A stretch of 63,792 nt of DNA, filler included, from Chiloscyllium plagiosum (GCF_004010195.1; 4 parts of 2 records of this genome joined end to end with filler, not necessarily neighbours in it), one strand, 5' to 3'. Counted from the whole stretch's first letter, positions 12,410-25,339 are shown. A program made the numbers and translations. Notes: generated by a model not told the origin, from the letters alone.

Positions 12410-13320
12410 AATCAGTTACAGGATGTGGTGTGTCATTGGCTGGGTCAATGTTGATTGCTGTTGAAAAGGTAGTGGTGAGCTGCATTCTTGAACCTCTGAA
12501 GTCTAGTTGGTATAGGTAAATGTAGAATGCCAATGAAGAGGGGTTTCCAGGATTTTGACCCTGCGACATTGAAGGAACAATGATATATTGATAATCACTT
12601 GGAGGAGAACTTGTTGTTGGCCATCTTCCCATGTATATGCAGCCTTTTCCCTTCTTGATGGTAATGGTCCTGCGGTTGGAAGATGCTGTGGTAAGGATCT
12701 TTGGTGAATTTATGCAGTGCAACTTGTAGATAGTACAGTACACACTGCAGCTACTGAGCATTGGTGGTGGAGGGAGTGAATGTTTGTAGATATGGTGCCA
12801 ACCAAGTTTGTTCCTTTGTTTTGGACAGTGTTGACTTTATTGAGTGTTTTTAGAGCTGCACTCATTCAGACGAATGGGGAGTATTCCATCACACTCCTGA
12901 CTTGTGTCTTGTAGATGGTGAATAGTTTGGGGGAGTCAGAAGCTGAGTTACTTGCTGCTAGATTCCGAGCCTCTGACTTGCTTTTGTAGTCACAGTACAT
13001 GTGTGGATGGTCCAGTTGCGTTTCTGGTCCCAGGGTATTGATAGTTGGGGATTCAATGATGTTAATGCCTGTGAATGTCAAGGGATGATGATTAGTTTCT
13101 CTCTTATTGGAGACGGTCATTGTCTGCCGCTTGTGTGGTTCAAATTGCACTTACAACTTGTCAGCACAATTCTAGATATTGTCCCTGTCTTGTTGCATTT
13201 AGCTATGGACTGCTTCAGTATCTGAGGAGTCACGAAGTACGAATACTGAACACCACACAATCATCAGTGAACATCCCTGCATCTGACTGATGATGAAAGG
13301 AGCATCATTGATGAAGCAAC
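12410..13320 (-). mobile_element. CR1/L2-clade LINE 3' portion
   Basis: IYKTQVRSVMEYSP motif in ORF 12866..13150; same family as 4985-5785. Confidence 0.8.
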
Positions 13321-13365
13321 ATTCGTTGAGACTAACTTAGTCAATAAACAAAATGTATGACATAC

Positions 13366-13523
13366 CTCAAGGATATTGCATTTTGATGGTTCAGGGGGCA
13401 TTGTTTACACAACAGTATTATGTTTTTTGGTTCACTCTTTCTTGAACGTCTCTCTTTGTGTTCAGTGCCCATTCCCACCACTGTATGGAAGGTAGAGTCA
13501 GCTGGTCCACTCTTCAATCCATT
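13366..13523 (-). CDS. Candidate internal exon (158 nt) of the tentative spliced ORF or of a lncRNA
   Basis: Acceptor TTTCTTAG, donor GAG|GTATGT; single open frame NGLKSGPADSTFHTVVGMGTEHKERRSRKSEPKNIILLCKQCPLNHQNAISL. Confidence 0.3.
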
Positions 13524-14132
13524 CTAAGAAATGTTATTCAAGAACATTCTCCATAGATATATCTGAAATACTTCAGGTGCCTCAAAATTCGGTAAGAACT
13601 CTGTCAGCCACCATCCTTTACTGGACCTTCATTCGGACAGCAGTGATAGTGTATTTTAGACCCCTCAGCTTCTTTCCTGACCAACTGCCCCCACCAGCTT
13701 TATAAACACTCTGGATGTCTAGGGTATTCACACTACATTTTTCCATACCCAACACCCCACCCTCTTTCTTTCCTGGGATCTATCTTCCATTCATATGTTC
13801 CAACCTCCATCCCTCATCACTGACTTACCTTTATTAATGCCAACCCTCCGTGACATTTTCCTGCATCCCTTTTGCCATGGAGTTCAACAAGGGGAACCCC
13901 TGAACTCAGATATAACTGCGAAAAGACCTGTTCACTTTATCTTTGCATCTAAACCTGCCACTGGGAAATCAATATTTTGCATCCTGCCTAATTCAGTCAT
14001 CCAACACAACGCATTTCCTATCCTTGTAGCCTGTATTAGCATACCCCTCCAAAATAACTGTACAGAGGGTAAAACAGTAGACTGTGCCTGCTGACACACA
14101 GGAACATGCAGTTTAGCAGGAATATCTTCTCT

Positions 14133-14475
14133 GGGCATGACATGGTGGCTTAATGGTTAGCCCGGTTGTCTCAGAGTGTCAGGTTCTTAGCTTCCATTGT
14201 AATCTCGCACAATAGCCTCCATGGAGTTTGCACGTTCTACCCGTGTCTGCGTGGGTTTCCTCCATGTGCTCCAGTTTTCTCCCACAATCCAAACATGTGC
14301 AGGTCCTGTGGATTGGCCAAGCTAAATTTCCCCATAGTGTCCAGGCAATCTAGGTCGGTTAGCCATGGGAAATGGAGGGTACAGAGAGAGGGTAGGGGAG
14401 AATGCTGTTTGGAGGGGCAGTGTGGACTCGATGGGCCAATTGGCCTGCTTCCACACTGTAGGGATTTGATGATTT
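14133..14475 (+). mobile_element. Diverged HE1-like SINE
   Basis: GGAGTTTGCACGTTCTACCCGTGTCTGCGTGGGTTTCCTCC core and CTTCCACACTGTAGGGATT end. Confidence 0.75.
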
Positions 14476-15409
14476 CCCTCTCAAAAATATATTTAAATAG
14501 AGAGTGACAAATGACTAATAATGAAACAAAAAAAAAATCTGTTAATAAAAATAAAATGTTAAACTAAGAATTATTATTTTAATTTGTAAAATAAAGCTTA
14601 ATATTGTGCATGCGCATTTGGATATAATTAGGAGTGTGCACATGCAGTCAGCAACAGTGACTGGCTTGTTGGAGTCAACAAACATATTGAAAGCATAATT
14701 GGTTTGCATTTCCATTTTGGAACATGCCAAAGCATAACGTGTTTCCATAGAGATGGGTGATGTGGATTAGAACATTCATATGCTTAACTTATCTGTGAGA
14801 TTTTTCTGGTGATCAAACAGAGGAAGTTGCATATTTAGTCTCGTGTAATTCACAGATCAGTGAGAAAGAAGGTTCACTGAACTCAAAACTCTGTTTTCTC
14901 TCCGCAGATGCTGCCAGACCTGCAGTGTTTCTCTAACAATTTCTGTTTCGAGGGCAGGGTTTGGTTTAAAGGAATGTTAGTCAGGTCTACCCTCAAGCAG
15001 ACAAAATGTTCATAGAATAGAGTAGAATATTATTTATTGCCATGTGTACTCCAGTGCAGGAATGCAGGATTACAGAGAAAAGTTTTTGCAATAGCTGCCT
15101 TTTAGGGTGGCATCTTAGGTACAAGTCCAACAGAGTAATAAAATATAGTGTTGTTACAAAGGAAAAAAAAACAGATTAGCATGAAACAGTGAAAATATCC
15201 AGAATGTTCTTGTTTATGGTGCAAAATAAGATGGGGACTTGTGTTTAGTTTGGAGGTTGTGGGGGTGGGGAGAAGAAATCTCGAAATTTTGCATGACCGA
15301 AGCTAGAGGAGAAACTTAGCAATAGTCCACCCAGAACCTTGTGACAGCAAGGAATCAAGAGCTTTAGTTTGAAAGTTTCAGTTTTGAGAAGGCAGCTGGA
15401 TAACTGGTG

Positions 15410-15630
15410 CAGCCAGGACAAGGTGGACAAACAGGAGGTTGGAAGAACACAGCAAGCCATGTAGCATCAGGAGGTGCAGAAGTTGGTGTAACCCTTCTTT
15501 AGGACTGAGGATGGGTGTGGGAGGAGCTGCAGATAAACGGGGCGACGGGGCCCGGGTGGTGAAGTGGGGATAGGTGAAGTCAGGTAGAGGGTATGACCTG
15601 GTGGTCAATGAAAGGAATGAATCTGGTTGT
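15410..15630 (-). mobile_element. PLE terminus, family E
   Basis: GGAAGAACACAGCAAGCC...GTAACCCTTCTTTAGGAC; matches 39945-40175. Confidence 0.65.
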
Positions 15631-15974
15631 TGTGTAGAATAGTAGAAGTCCGCCACAAATTTAGAAAAGGGAGACTTTGAGCTGGGGGAGGGATGAGGAG
15701 GCAGAATGGAGGTGCCTCCCCACAGCTGAGCGGATGGAGCGGAGAAGGAAAGGAGCTGAAGTGAGAGCAGTTGTGTGGTCTTTTCGGAAAGGTCGGAGGA
15801 TCATTTGCAAGATTCCTAGAACTATTGTACATTGGAGAAAGCTGGAATGCTGATGAAGATTAAAGTAATTTCCAGAGTTATGTGGCCTAATTTTTGATTG
15901 GTCCTTAAAAAGATGAATGAAACTGAGGAAAGGAAGGAAGGTAAGAAGTTAAGTAAGTTCCCAGCCTGAGGAAA

Positions 15975-16520
15975 AATAGAAACATAGAAAATAAGTGCAG
16001 GAGCAGGCCATTCCGCCTGTCAAACCTGCTCCACCATTTAATATGATCATGGCCGATCATGTAATCTCAGTATTGCATTCCTGCTCTCTCTCCATCCCCC
16101 TTGATCCCTTTAGCTCCCTCTTGAATCTATCTAATGAACTGGCCCCAACAGCTTCCTGTGGGAGAGAATTCCACAGGTTCACAACTCTCTGCGTGAAGAA
16201 ATTCCTCCTCATCTCAGTCCTGAATGGCTTACCCTTTATTCTTAGACTGTGGGCCCTGGATCTGCACTTTCCCAACATTGGGAACATTCTTCCCCACACC
16301 TAGCCTGTCCAGTCCCATCAGGATTTGATGTTTCTATGAGATCCTCCATCATTCTTCTAAATTCCAGTCAATCCAATCTTTCTTCCTATGTCAGTCTGGT
16401 GAGCCTTTGCTGTACTCCTTCAATAGCAAGGATGGCGTTCCTCAGACAAGGAGACCAAAACTGCACAAAATACTCAAGATGTGGCCTCACCAAGGACCTC
16501 GATAACTGCAGCAAGTGACC
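15975..16520 (-). mobile_element. CR1-like LINE 3' end
   Basis: FRTEMRRNFFTQRVVNLWNSLP in ORF 16057..16299. Confidence 0.85.
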
Positions 16521-16629
16521 TTTACTCCGTTAAGTAATTATAAGCAATACTGTCAGATTGAAATTTTTTTTATTTGGAATAAAATTCCTTTGAATAAAAC
16601 GTCCAATGGCATAGATCTGTCAATTTAAT

Positions 16630-19250
16630 CATAAGACCATAATGTATAGGAACCAAATTAGGCCATTTGGCCAAGTCTGCTCCATCATTCGATCAGGGCT
16701 GATATGTTTCTCAATCTTGTTCGCTTGCCCTCTCTCCATAACCTTTGCTCCACGAACTAATCAAGAACCTGTCTAACTCTGCCTTAACTATACTCAATGA
16801 CTTGGCCTCCACAGTTGACAGTGGTAATAATATCCACAGATTAACCACCCTCTGGCTGAAGAAATTCCTTCTCATCTCAGTCTAAAGGGTCATTCCTTCA
16901 CTCCACTGTCAACTCTATTCAGGCCTCTCAGTATTCTGTCATCTTCAATGAGATTCCCCTCATCCTTCTAAACTCCAACAAATACAGGCCCAGAGTCCAC
17001 AACTACTCCTTATATGACAAGACCTTCATCTCCAGGATCATTCTTGTAAATTTCCTTGGGATACCCTCCAATACCAGCACATCCTTCCTTTGATACGGTG
17101 TCCAAAACTGCTCATAATCCCAAATGCGTTCAGGTGAGTCCTTTATACAGCCTCAGCAGTACATTCTTGGTCTTGTATACTAGCCCTCTTGAAATGAAAG
17201 CCAACATTGCACTTGCCTTCTGAATTGCCAGTTAATCTTAAAAGAATTAGGACTCCCAATTCCCTTTGTTCTACAGATTTCCAAAGTCTTTCCCCATTTA
17301 GAGAATTGTCAATGCCTCTATTCTTTCTACCAATTCACCATCTCCTTGGCCCTACACTTATCCCTAGAACATTTGGATAACAAGGATACCTACGTTAGGC
17401 TCCTACTTACTGACTTTATCTCCGCCTTCAACACCGTAATTCCAAACTAACTCATCTCCAAACCCTGAGACCTAGGACTTCACTCTCCCTTCTGCAACTG
17501 GATCCTCAACTTTGTGACCCACAGACCACAATCAGTAAGGGTAGGTGACAACACCTTCACCACAATAATCCTCAACACCAGCGCTCTGCAAGACTGCGAA
17601 CTCAGCCCCTTACTATATCCGAATTGTGTGGCCAAATTCTGCTATAACTCTATTTACAAGTTTGCTGATGACCCCACCATGGTGAGTGGGATCTTAAACA
17701 ATGACGAGAGAGTACAGGAAAGATAGAGAGTTTAGTGCCATGGTGTCTAGACAACAGCCTCTCCTTCATTGTCAGCAAAATAAGGAGCTGGTCACCAACT
17801 TCAGGAAGTGGACTGGAGGTTACACCCGTGTCTGTATCAATGGTGTTGAGGGGGAGGTGGTCAAGAGCTTCAAGTTCCTGGGACGAAATATCACCAATAA
17901 TCTGTCCTGGTCCATCCACCATGTCACTACGGTCAAGAAAGCACACCAACACCTCTACTCCCTCAGAGGGTTAATGAAATTCAGCATTGCCACAAAGAAT
18001 CTAACCAACTGTTATAGATGCACCATAGGAAGCCTTCTGTCCGACTGCATCATACCCTGGTATGGCAATAGCTCTGCCCATGACCACAAGGAATTACAGA
18101 GACCAGTCCACTATGCAAACTAGCCTTCCATCCGTTGGCTCTGTCTACACTTTCCACTGCCTTGGGAAAGCAGCCAATATCATCAAAGACACCTCAAACC
18201 CTAGGTATACTCTCTTCCACTCTCTTTCATTGAGCAGAAGACACAAGAGTTTAAAAACATGTACCAACAGATTCAATAATAGCTTCTTCCCTGCTGTTAT
18301 CGGACTTTTGTGTGGACCTCTCATTTATCAAAGTTGATCTTTCTCTACACTTTCTCTGTAACTGCAATACTATATTCTGCATTCTGTTCTATTACCCTGA
18401 TGTACTTATGGAAGGTATGATTTGCCTGGTTAGCAGGCAAAATACCACTTTTCACTATATCTCAGTACATGTGACAATAATAAATCAAATCAAACTAAAT
18501 CAAATCAAATCAAAGTGCATAGCCTCACACTTTCCCACATTTTATTTTACCTGCCAGTTCTTTGCCCACTCTCCTAGCCTGTCCAAGCCCTTCTGCAGTC
18601 TCTTTGCTTTCTCAACACCACACCGTCCCCCAACTGTTTGTGTCATCTGGAAGCTTAGCATCAGTATCTGCAGTTCCTTTGGCCAGATGGTTAATGTAAT
18701 AAGTGAATAGTTGTGATCCCAACACTGACTCTTGTAGAACTCCACTAATCACAGTGCTGCGAAAGACCCCTTGATCTCCACTCTCTACCTTCTGTCAGTC
18801 AGTCTATCTATGCCAGTAACTTCCCCTACCACCATGAGCTCTTGCCTTATTTGTAAGATGAGTGTCACATTAGCCATTTTTGAATCCTCTTGAACCCTTG
18901 CTGACTGTAGTGATTACAGAACAACCACCAGTCCCTCTACAATCTCCTTAGCTATATCCTTCAGAACTCTGGGGTGTAGTCCATCTGGTCTCGGTGATTT
19001 ATCCATCTTTCGACCTTTCAGATTCCACAACACCTTCTCCATGGTGATGGCCATTGCTCTCTGTTTTGCCCCTGACTCTCTCTTCTGGTATGCTAGTTGA
19101 GTCTTCCACCTTGAAGACTGATGCAAAGTTCCACCATCATTTCATTGGTCCCGATCACTACTTCTCCAACTTCACTTTCCAGTGTTTCAATGTCCACTCT
19201 AGCCTCTCTCTTTCCTTTGAAATAGCTAAAAAAAAATCTTGCCATCCACT
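16630..19250 (-). mobile_element. CR1-like LINE RT, split by a Rex1 insertion
   Basis: KSPRPDGLHPRVLK (18914..19126) and LQKGLDRLGEWAKNWQ (18542..18745); sequence continues across the 17336-18512 insert. Confidence 0.8.
17336..18512 (+). mobile_element. Rex1/Babar-type non-LTR retrotransposon 3' fragment
   Basis: [51 protein letters not shown] and RFNNSFFPAVI; (AAATC)n tail. Confidence 0.85.
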
Positions 19251-20474
19251 TTTAGGGTCATTTTTCCTTTGAGGTTCCTCAACTCAACCCACACAAATCT
19301 TTTCTGTGAGCCCACAACATCATAACTGGTAGAAGCTCATTTACCTTATTTCATATATATGCATTTATGTACAGCACCCTCAGTCCTGTGTTGACTTTCT
19401 CCATCACATATTTATCCTCTTATCTGCTGTATCTGAAGATAGACCCCTGAGTCTATGTGGACCATGACAACTAGATCTTTGCTCTCCCATTCCCAAGCTC
19501 CTATGCAACTCAGATGAGATATCCTGAACCTGGGCACTCAACCTTTGGGACTCTCGATCCTGACCAGTTACAACTACATCTCCCTTTTCATCTACCCCCA
19601 AATGTCTCCCTGTGCCATGGTGCTCTCATCAGTTTGCTCATCCTCTTTCCAGCTGCCCATTCTCATCCACACAGAGATCAAGAATCTGCTCAATAAGTTC
19701 CGTTAGCGCCTGCTTTTTCCCTCTATCTACCTCACTCGAAGTCACACCCTCCTGTCACTGACCACTGACTGAATTAGAGGCAGTTAATCTAAGGGATGTG
19801 ACTGCCACCTGAAACGCAGCGTGGAAGTAACTCTCCTTATTCCTGATTTTTCACAGTCCTCGAAGCTCAGACTTCGAGCTATAGTTCATCAAGCAGCGAG
19901 ATAGGGTCATGGAGTCATAGAGATATATCACAATGGGGTTCACCAGCTCCCACATCATGCTGGTACAACACATTGCCAGGCCTTGCACCTCTATTTTATT
20001 TTCTTAGGTTTTAATCTGAGTTTTACAAAAGTTCCAACTGGTCTTTTAATTTGTAACCTGTAAACTTATCTTTAACATTTAAGTAACCTATAATTGATAG
20101 TCAAATTATCAGCTATTACCAACCAATTAACTTATGGTTTTCCTGTAATGTTACCCTTTCTTTTGTACTGGGGCCTGATCCTGAGCTTCACTTTATCCTG
20201 GATAAAGATCTTACAGACTGTGACCAAAAAAGCAAGCAAAAAGTACCTCTTCCCCTCTGCACTGAATTTCCACACTGCCTCCAAACTCTCTGAATTACAT
20301 AGTCACTGGGGCTCTGTCTCACTCTTGATGTGATTTCTCCTTTCTGATTTGCATAGCTCAATGGATATCTTGGGGCATTTGGATTTCTCTTTAAATATTA
20401 ATGGTCTCTAATATGTTTTAACACACTAAAAGTGGCTCAAACCAATCCAAAACAAAGCAACCCACTTTATTGGC

Positions 20475-20613
20475 AATAAAAACCAAAAGATCTGCAGATG
20501 CTGTGAATCAGAAGCAATAATCAAAATTGTTGTAAAAGCTCAGCAGGTCTGGCAGCATCTGTGGAGAGAAATCAGAATTAATGCTTCGGGTCTGTTGACC
20601 TTTCCTTAGAACT
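20475..20613 (-). mobile_element. PLE-derived family D terminus
   Basis: CTCAGCAGGTCTGGCAGCATCTGTGGAGAGAAATCAG...TTCGGGTCTGTTGACCTTTCCTTAGAAC (degenerate hammerhead on minus strand). Confidence 0.7.
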
Positions 20614-20659
20614 GCACTTTATTGGCACTCCATTTATCCGCTGAAATATTCACTTCCTA

Positions 20660-21010
20660 CACTACTACTGACACACAGTGGCATCGGTGTACACTATATA
20701 CAAGATGCACTGCAGAAACTTGCCAAGTCTCCTGCAATAACACATTCCAAAGTTGTGACTTATGGTGTCTTTAAAGCATAAGAACAGCAGATGCATGCAA
20801 TCATCACAACCAGCAATTTCCTTTCCAACCATAATTGCTGTTCCTTCAATGTTGCTGAAACAAATCCCTGAAACTCCTTCCATAACAGCACTCTGGGTGC
20901 ATCTACAACATATAGACACCAAAAGTTCAAGGTGGTGGTGCATGATCAGCTTCATTAAGGATGAGCTATAACTGCTGGTTTTGTCAATGATGCTCAAATC
21001 ATATGAATAA
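20660..21010 (+). mobile_element. LINE 3' end (CR1/L2 family as 4985-5785)
   Basis: CAAGATGCACTGCAGAAACTTGCCAAG...TCCTTCAATGTTGCTG shared with other copies. Confidence 0.6.
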
Positions 21011-22076
21011 AGAACAAAAAGTCTCCTTGTGATGAATGCCAGTGTTTTATTTTTGAATATCTTTGGCTCCATTTTATGCAGATAGCATCTTACTTTCCCC
21101 ATGCAAAATAACAAAAAAATGAATGATGACTGTTAGGTGACTGTGTATTTGGTCTCTGGAATCTGATTTGATTAATTACACTCACATTGAATGTCAATTG
21201 CTTTCTGTCAATTAAATTATAAATCTAATTGAACTCTTGAAACATTGGTAATAATGCCACATTTGGAAACGTGCATGGATATCTATGCTGTCACACAGAG
21301 TACTAAGCATTACCTATCTACATTAAAAGGTACATTCATGCCTTTATGTAACTACAAAACAAAACAATTTTTTGACATTGATTTTTCTTGGTGAATATAT
21401 TAGCACTCCATCATATGCTGTTATATCCTTAATATATAATTAATCTGGAAAGAATCTAATAAAATATGACTCTGAGCTATTATATTGAACATTTTATTTC
21501 TTTTTTTCTTTCCAACATATTACTGAGATTTTGTACTTTTGAAGGTCTGTCATGCTGGACTTGTTATTTCTTTATTTTTCTATTGTTTTTCCTCAGAATT
21601 TGTATTTGAGAATCTGTACTCAGGTGCCTTTGTACCTAAGGTGGCACCATAAGTGGTGACTTGTAAACGTTTCACTGTACTCATGTGAGTACATGTGACA
21701 GTAAAACTAATTCAATTCAGTTCAAAATAACTAAGACATATTAAGTGCTTAACTTCAATTAAGAGTTGATGATGCTCTGAAAAAATAGTTTTAAAATTTA
21801 GATAATGGTTGTACTGCTGATTTAAACGAGACATTCCAGAATGTTTCATAGAAGCATAATCAGGAAGTAAATGTTGATCATAAATCCAAGATTATAGTTA
21901 AGGGAGATTTTTTAAAAAGCTATGTTTTCAACAGAGTCTTAAGGGACAAGGTAAAAACTAAATGATGCAGGAGTTTAGACAGGGAATTCCGGATGACTTG
22001 AGATGATGACGACTGTAACTGCAAGCAATTATAGCAAAGGAAATGGAGTTGTACATATTGAAATGTAATTTTAAAG

Positions 22077-22373
22077 CAAAGCTTGGGATGTCAAAGAAGG
22101 TTCAGTTTTCCATGCAGTTACAGCAACGTCGGGAAACAAGGAAGAAAATGAAGACAAACCCAACTCCTTGGGTAAATCAGACCAAAAGATAATGCTGCAT
22201 GACTGACCTATCAAAAGAAAGTGTCAAAGCTTGGGATGTCAAAGAAGGTTCAGTTTTCCATGCAGTTACAGCAACATAGGGAAACAAGGAAGAAAATGAA
22301 GACAAACCCAACTCCTTGGGTAAATCAGACCAAAAGATAGGTCTGCATGACTGACCTATCAAAAGAAAGTGTC
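22077..22373 (+). repeat. Tandem duplication, 148-bp unit x2
   Basis: CAAAGCTTGGGATGTCAAAGAAGG...CAAAAGAAAGTGT at 22077 and 22225 with few mismatches. Confidence 0.95.
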
Positions 22374-22933
22374 CTCATTTGAACATCAGCTAATACTACT
22401 CCTCAGCTAACACCATCAGTCTGCCAAGTTCTCTCATTTTAACCAAGCAAGCTGGGCATTAGTTAAATGATAGAGCAACAAATTATTCCATGCCTTAACG
22501 AATAAATGTAATAATATGTGTTACTACAGCACTCATTGTAAATTTTAAGCCAAATCGGAAATATATGTACGGGTGTATATGAGATGGATAGGAAGGAACA
22601 GGCTGCTTGAAATGAGTTACAGAATTGGAATACAGTTCATTATGCTGTTATCTACATTGCTAACTTTCCTAATTTTGTCAACATAAACAATATGTTGTAA
22701 TATATGAGTGAAAATAAAACTCTTGACATCTGAACTCCGAAATTTAACCTTTTGTTAATTTAAAGAAATATGTTTTATATATGAATAATGTAAACCTTCA
22801 GAAATACGACAATTAGGAAACCAAATTATGCCCCCCAGAATTGGGCACAACAGCAATATTTCTGAACCTTTTTGCAGTAACGAAAATAGAAATTGCTGGA
22901 AAAGTGCGACAGGCCTGGTAGTATCTGTACTGT

Positions 22934-23248
22934 GGGTGGCACGGTGGCACAGTGGTTAGCACTGCTGCCTCACAGCGCCAGAGACCCGGGTTCAATTCCC
23001 GACTCAGGCGACTGACTGTGTGGAGTTTGCACGTTCTCCCCGTGTCTGCGTGGGTTTCCTCCGGGTGCTCCGGTTTCCTCCCACAGTCCAAAAATGTGCA
23101 GGTTAGGTGAATTGGCCATGCTAAATTGCCCGCAGTGTTAGGTGAAGGGGTAAATGTAGGAGAATGGGTCTGGGTGGGTTACGCTTCGGCGGGTTGGTGT
23201 GGACTTGTTGGGCCGAAGGGCCTGTTTCCACACTGTAAGTAATCTAAT
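22934..23248 (+). mobile_element. Young full-length HE1-like SINE inserted into a family D PLE terminus (22880-23298)
   Basis: CpG-rich GGCACGGTGGCACAGTGGTTAGC...GGTTCAATTCC; flanks join into GAAATTGCTGGAAAAG...AATCAGAGTTAAC...GACCCTTCCTCAGAAC. Confidence 0.9.
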
Positions 23249-23464
23249 ATTAAAAAAATCAGAGTTAACCTTCTGGTCAAGTGACCCTTCCTCAGAACCC
23301 ATTTGTAGTTAGTGAGCAGGCAGCCTTCATGTTGTCTACTCATTTCGACGATTGTAGTTTGTAGCCCAGTCGTAAACATGCTGCTGAGAGTGGCTGCATA
23401 CCTCAACAGGGAGCCCATGTTTATGTAAGGTTGGTTTTACATTCCTGGCCCCCAGAACCCTGAG

Positions 23465-23735
23465 GGGAACACTACCCCTGCTCATGACTCCACCCCTATT
23501 CCCCCCACCATCACACCCACTCCAGTTACAGGTTGGAGGAGGCCCAGCACCTCCATATCCTCGGCAGAGTGGGAGGGGGAGTTGAAATGTTGAGGCACTG
23601 GGCGAGCTCCCAGCCCTGCCGAGTTTTCACCATCCCCCCAGACCTCCCCATCACTGAGGACGAACGATCAGTCCTCAGCAAAGGACTCACCTTCGTCCCC
23701 CTCCGTCCACGCATCAATGAATTTAATACACACCG
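23465..23735 (+). mobile_element. PLE ORF fragment upstream of RT
   Basis: PCRVFTIPPDLPITEDERSVLSKGLTFVPLRPRINEF; LSKGLxF motif typical of PLE N-terminal regions. Confidence 0.7.
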
Positions 23736-23835
23736 NNNNNNNNNNNNNNNNNNNNNNNNNNNNNNNNNNNNNNNNNNNNTTAATTAATTAANNNNNNNNN
23801 NNNNNNNNNNNNNNNNNNNNNNNNNNNNNNNNNNN
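23736..23835. other. Assembly gap, 100 nt with TTAATTAATTAA spacer
   Basis: 44 N + TTAATTAATTAA + 44 N; same layout at 46851-46950 and 59493-59592. Confidence 0.95.
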
Positions 23836-24530
23836 CGGGGTCACTGATCCCCCCCCCTCACACGGGGTCACTGATCCCCCAGGTCCCCCGCTCAGACAGG
23901 ATCTCTGATCTGTGGCAGGACCACTGTGCCGGGCTCCCATGGTCACAGTCTCATTCAGCAGCGAGGCGGGACTGGGTTACTGCAAAACGCAGTGAAACTT
24001 GCGAACGGGTCAGTTAGCGCTGGGAGTGGAGTGCTCCCTGTGTCAGAGTGCGGCTGCAGCGTGTCCTTCTCCCACTCCCAGCTGGTACCCCCCTCTCTCT
24101 CTCTCTGTCTCTCTGTCCGTGTGTCTCAGGGAGCAGTCTGTCCCCCGGGTGAACAATGCAGGGACGGCTCTCCACAATGACACCTCCCCTCTTCCTGTTC
24201 ACCTCCTGCTTTCCCTGGGACACAGCCCCCCGAGCATTGCAATGAGGGACAGCAGACCCCTTCCTTACCTTCACCTGCATTGTCGCTGGCTTTACCCTGC
24301 TTAGGTTGAGCCGCCTTTTGTAAGCTTCCGGCTGTAAGATCCTGTGTCTATCAGTCCTGATAGGCTGTTTGCAGGAAGAGAGAGAGGGAAAGAGGCGGCG
24401 CAGCCTCTGATTCATTACCAGCAGCAACTTCAGAGTCAGTCAGTCAGCCAGTGGGTGAGGGGCCAAGAACATTAAACGGGAATGCAGTTGTGTTACCAGC
24501 CACAACGCTGTTAAGCTTCACGGCGACTGA
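23836..24530. promoter_or_regulatory. GC/CpG-rich island, candidate (bidirectional) promoter
   Basis: Non-repeat DNA with many retained CpGs, ETS core CCGGAAG (24325-24331, minus) and GGCGGG; minus-strand donor GTAAGG at 24268 and plus-strand donor-like GTGAGG at ~24455. Confidence 0.55.
24269..24280 (-). CDS. Candidate first coding exon (MQVK)
   Basis: GACAATGCAGGTGAAG|GTAAGG: A at -3, strong donor, just downstream of the ETS site. Confidence 0.3.
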
Positions 24531-24724
24531 AACATTAAAACTGTCATAGTTTCTTTTATGTAAGATTGGCACAACATGACCCCAGCTCTGTGGAAGGGCC
24601 ACAGGATCACTGAAACTGCTGGGGAAAAACTCAGCAGGTCTGTGAACAGAAAGCTGTGCTAACACTCAGTCAACAGATGCTGCCCGATCTGCTGAGTTTT
24701 TCCAGCAACTTCTGTTTTTATGCC

Positions 24725-25320
24725 CTACTTTATTGGTCAGTGCTTTGAGTGTAGGAGCTGGGAGATCATGTTGCGATTGTGCAGGGACTTTGGTGAGGCC
24801 ACTTTTGGAATGATGTGTTCCATTCTGGTCTCCCTGCTTTGGGGAAGGATTTTGTGAAATTTGAAAGGGTTCAGAAAAGATTTAGAAAGATGTTGCCGGG
24901 GTTGGAAGGTTTGAGCTACAGGCAGAGGCTGAATAGACTGGGGCTACTTACCCTGGAATGTCAGAGGCTGAGGAATGACCTTAAAGAGGTTTATAAAATC
25001 ATGAGGGGCATGGATAGGGTGAATAGTCAAGGATTTTTTTTTCCCCTGGGGTTGGGGAGTCCAAAACTAGAGGGCATAGGTTTAAGATGAGAGGGGAAAG
25101 ATTTAAAAGGGACCCAAGGGGCAACTGTTTCACACAGAGGGTGGTGCGTGTATGGAATAAGCTGCCACAGGAAGTGGTGGAGGCTGGTACAACTGCAATA
25201 TTTAAAAGGCATTGGATGGGTATATAAATGGGAAGGTTTTAGAGGGATATGGGCCAAATGCTGGCAAATGGGTGTAGATAAATTTAGTATACCTGGTCAC
25301 CTCTCAATGCCTCTATGACT
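24725..25320 (+). mobile_element. HER1/CR1-like LINE 3' end
   Basis: ERVQKRFRKMLPGLEGLSYRQRLNRLGLLTLECQRLRNDLKEVYKIMRGMDRV. Confidence 0.85.
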
Positions 25321-25339
25321 ATTTTCAGCAGTTCCTCAG

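Noticed and set aside
10601..12464. Long plus-strand ORFs (199, 196, 212 aa)
   Set aside because: Antisense or off-frame readings of the PLE and its inverted copy
22934..23005. tRNA-like A/B-box sequences
   Set aside because: They are SINE heads followed by the HE1 body, not tRNA genes
23780..23791. TTAATTAATTAA motif recurring at 23780, 46895 and 59537
   Set aside because: Always centred in exactly 100-nt N gaps; a scaffolding spacer with six-frame stops, not biology
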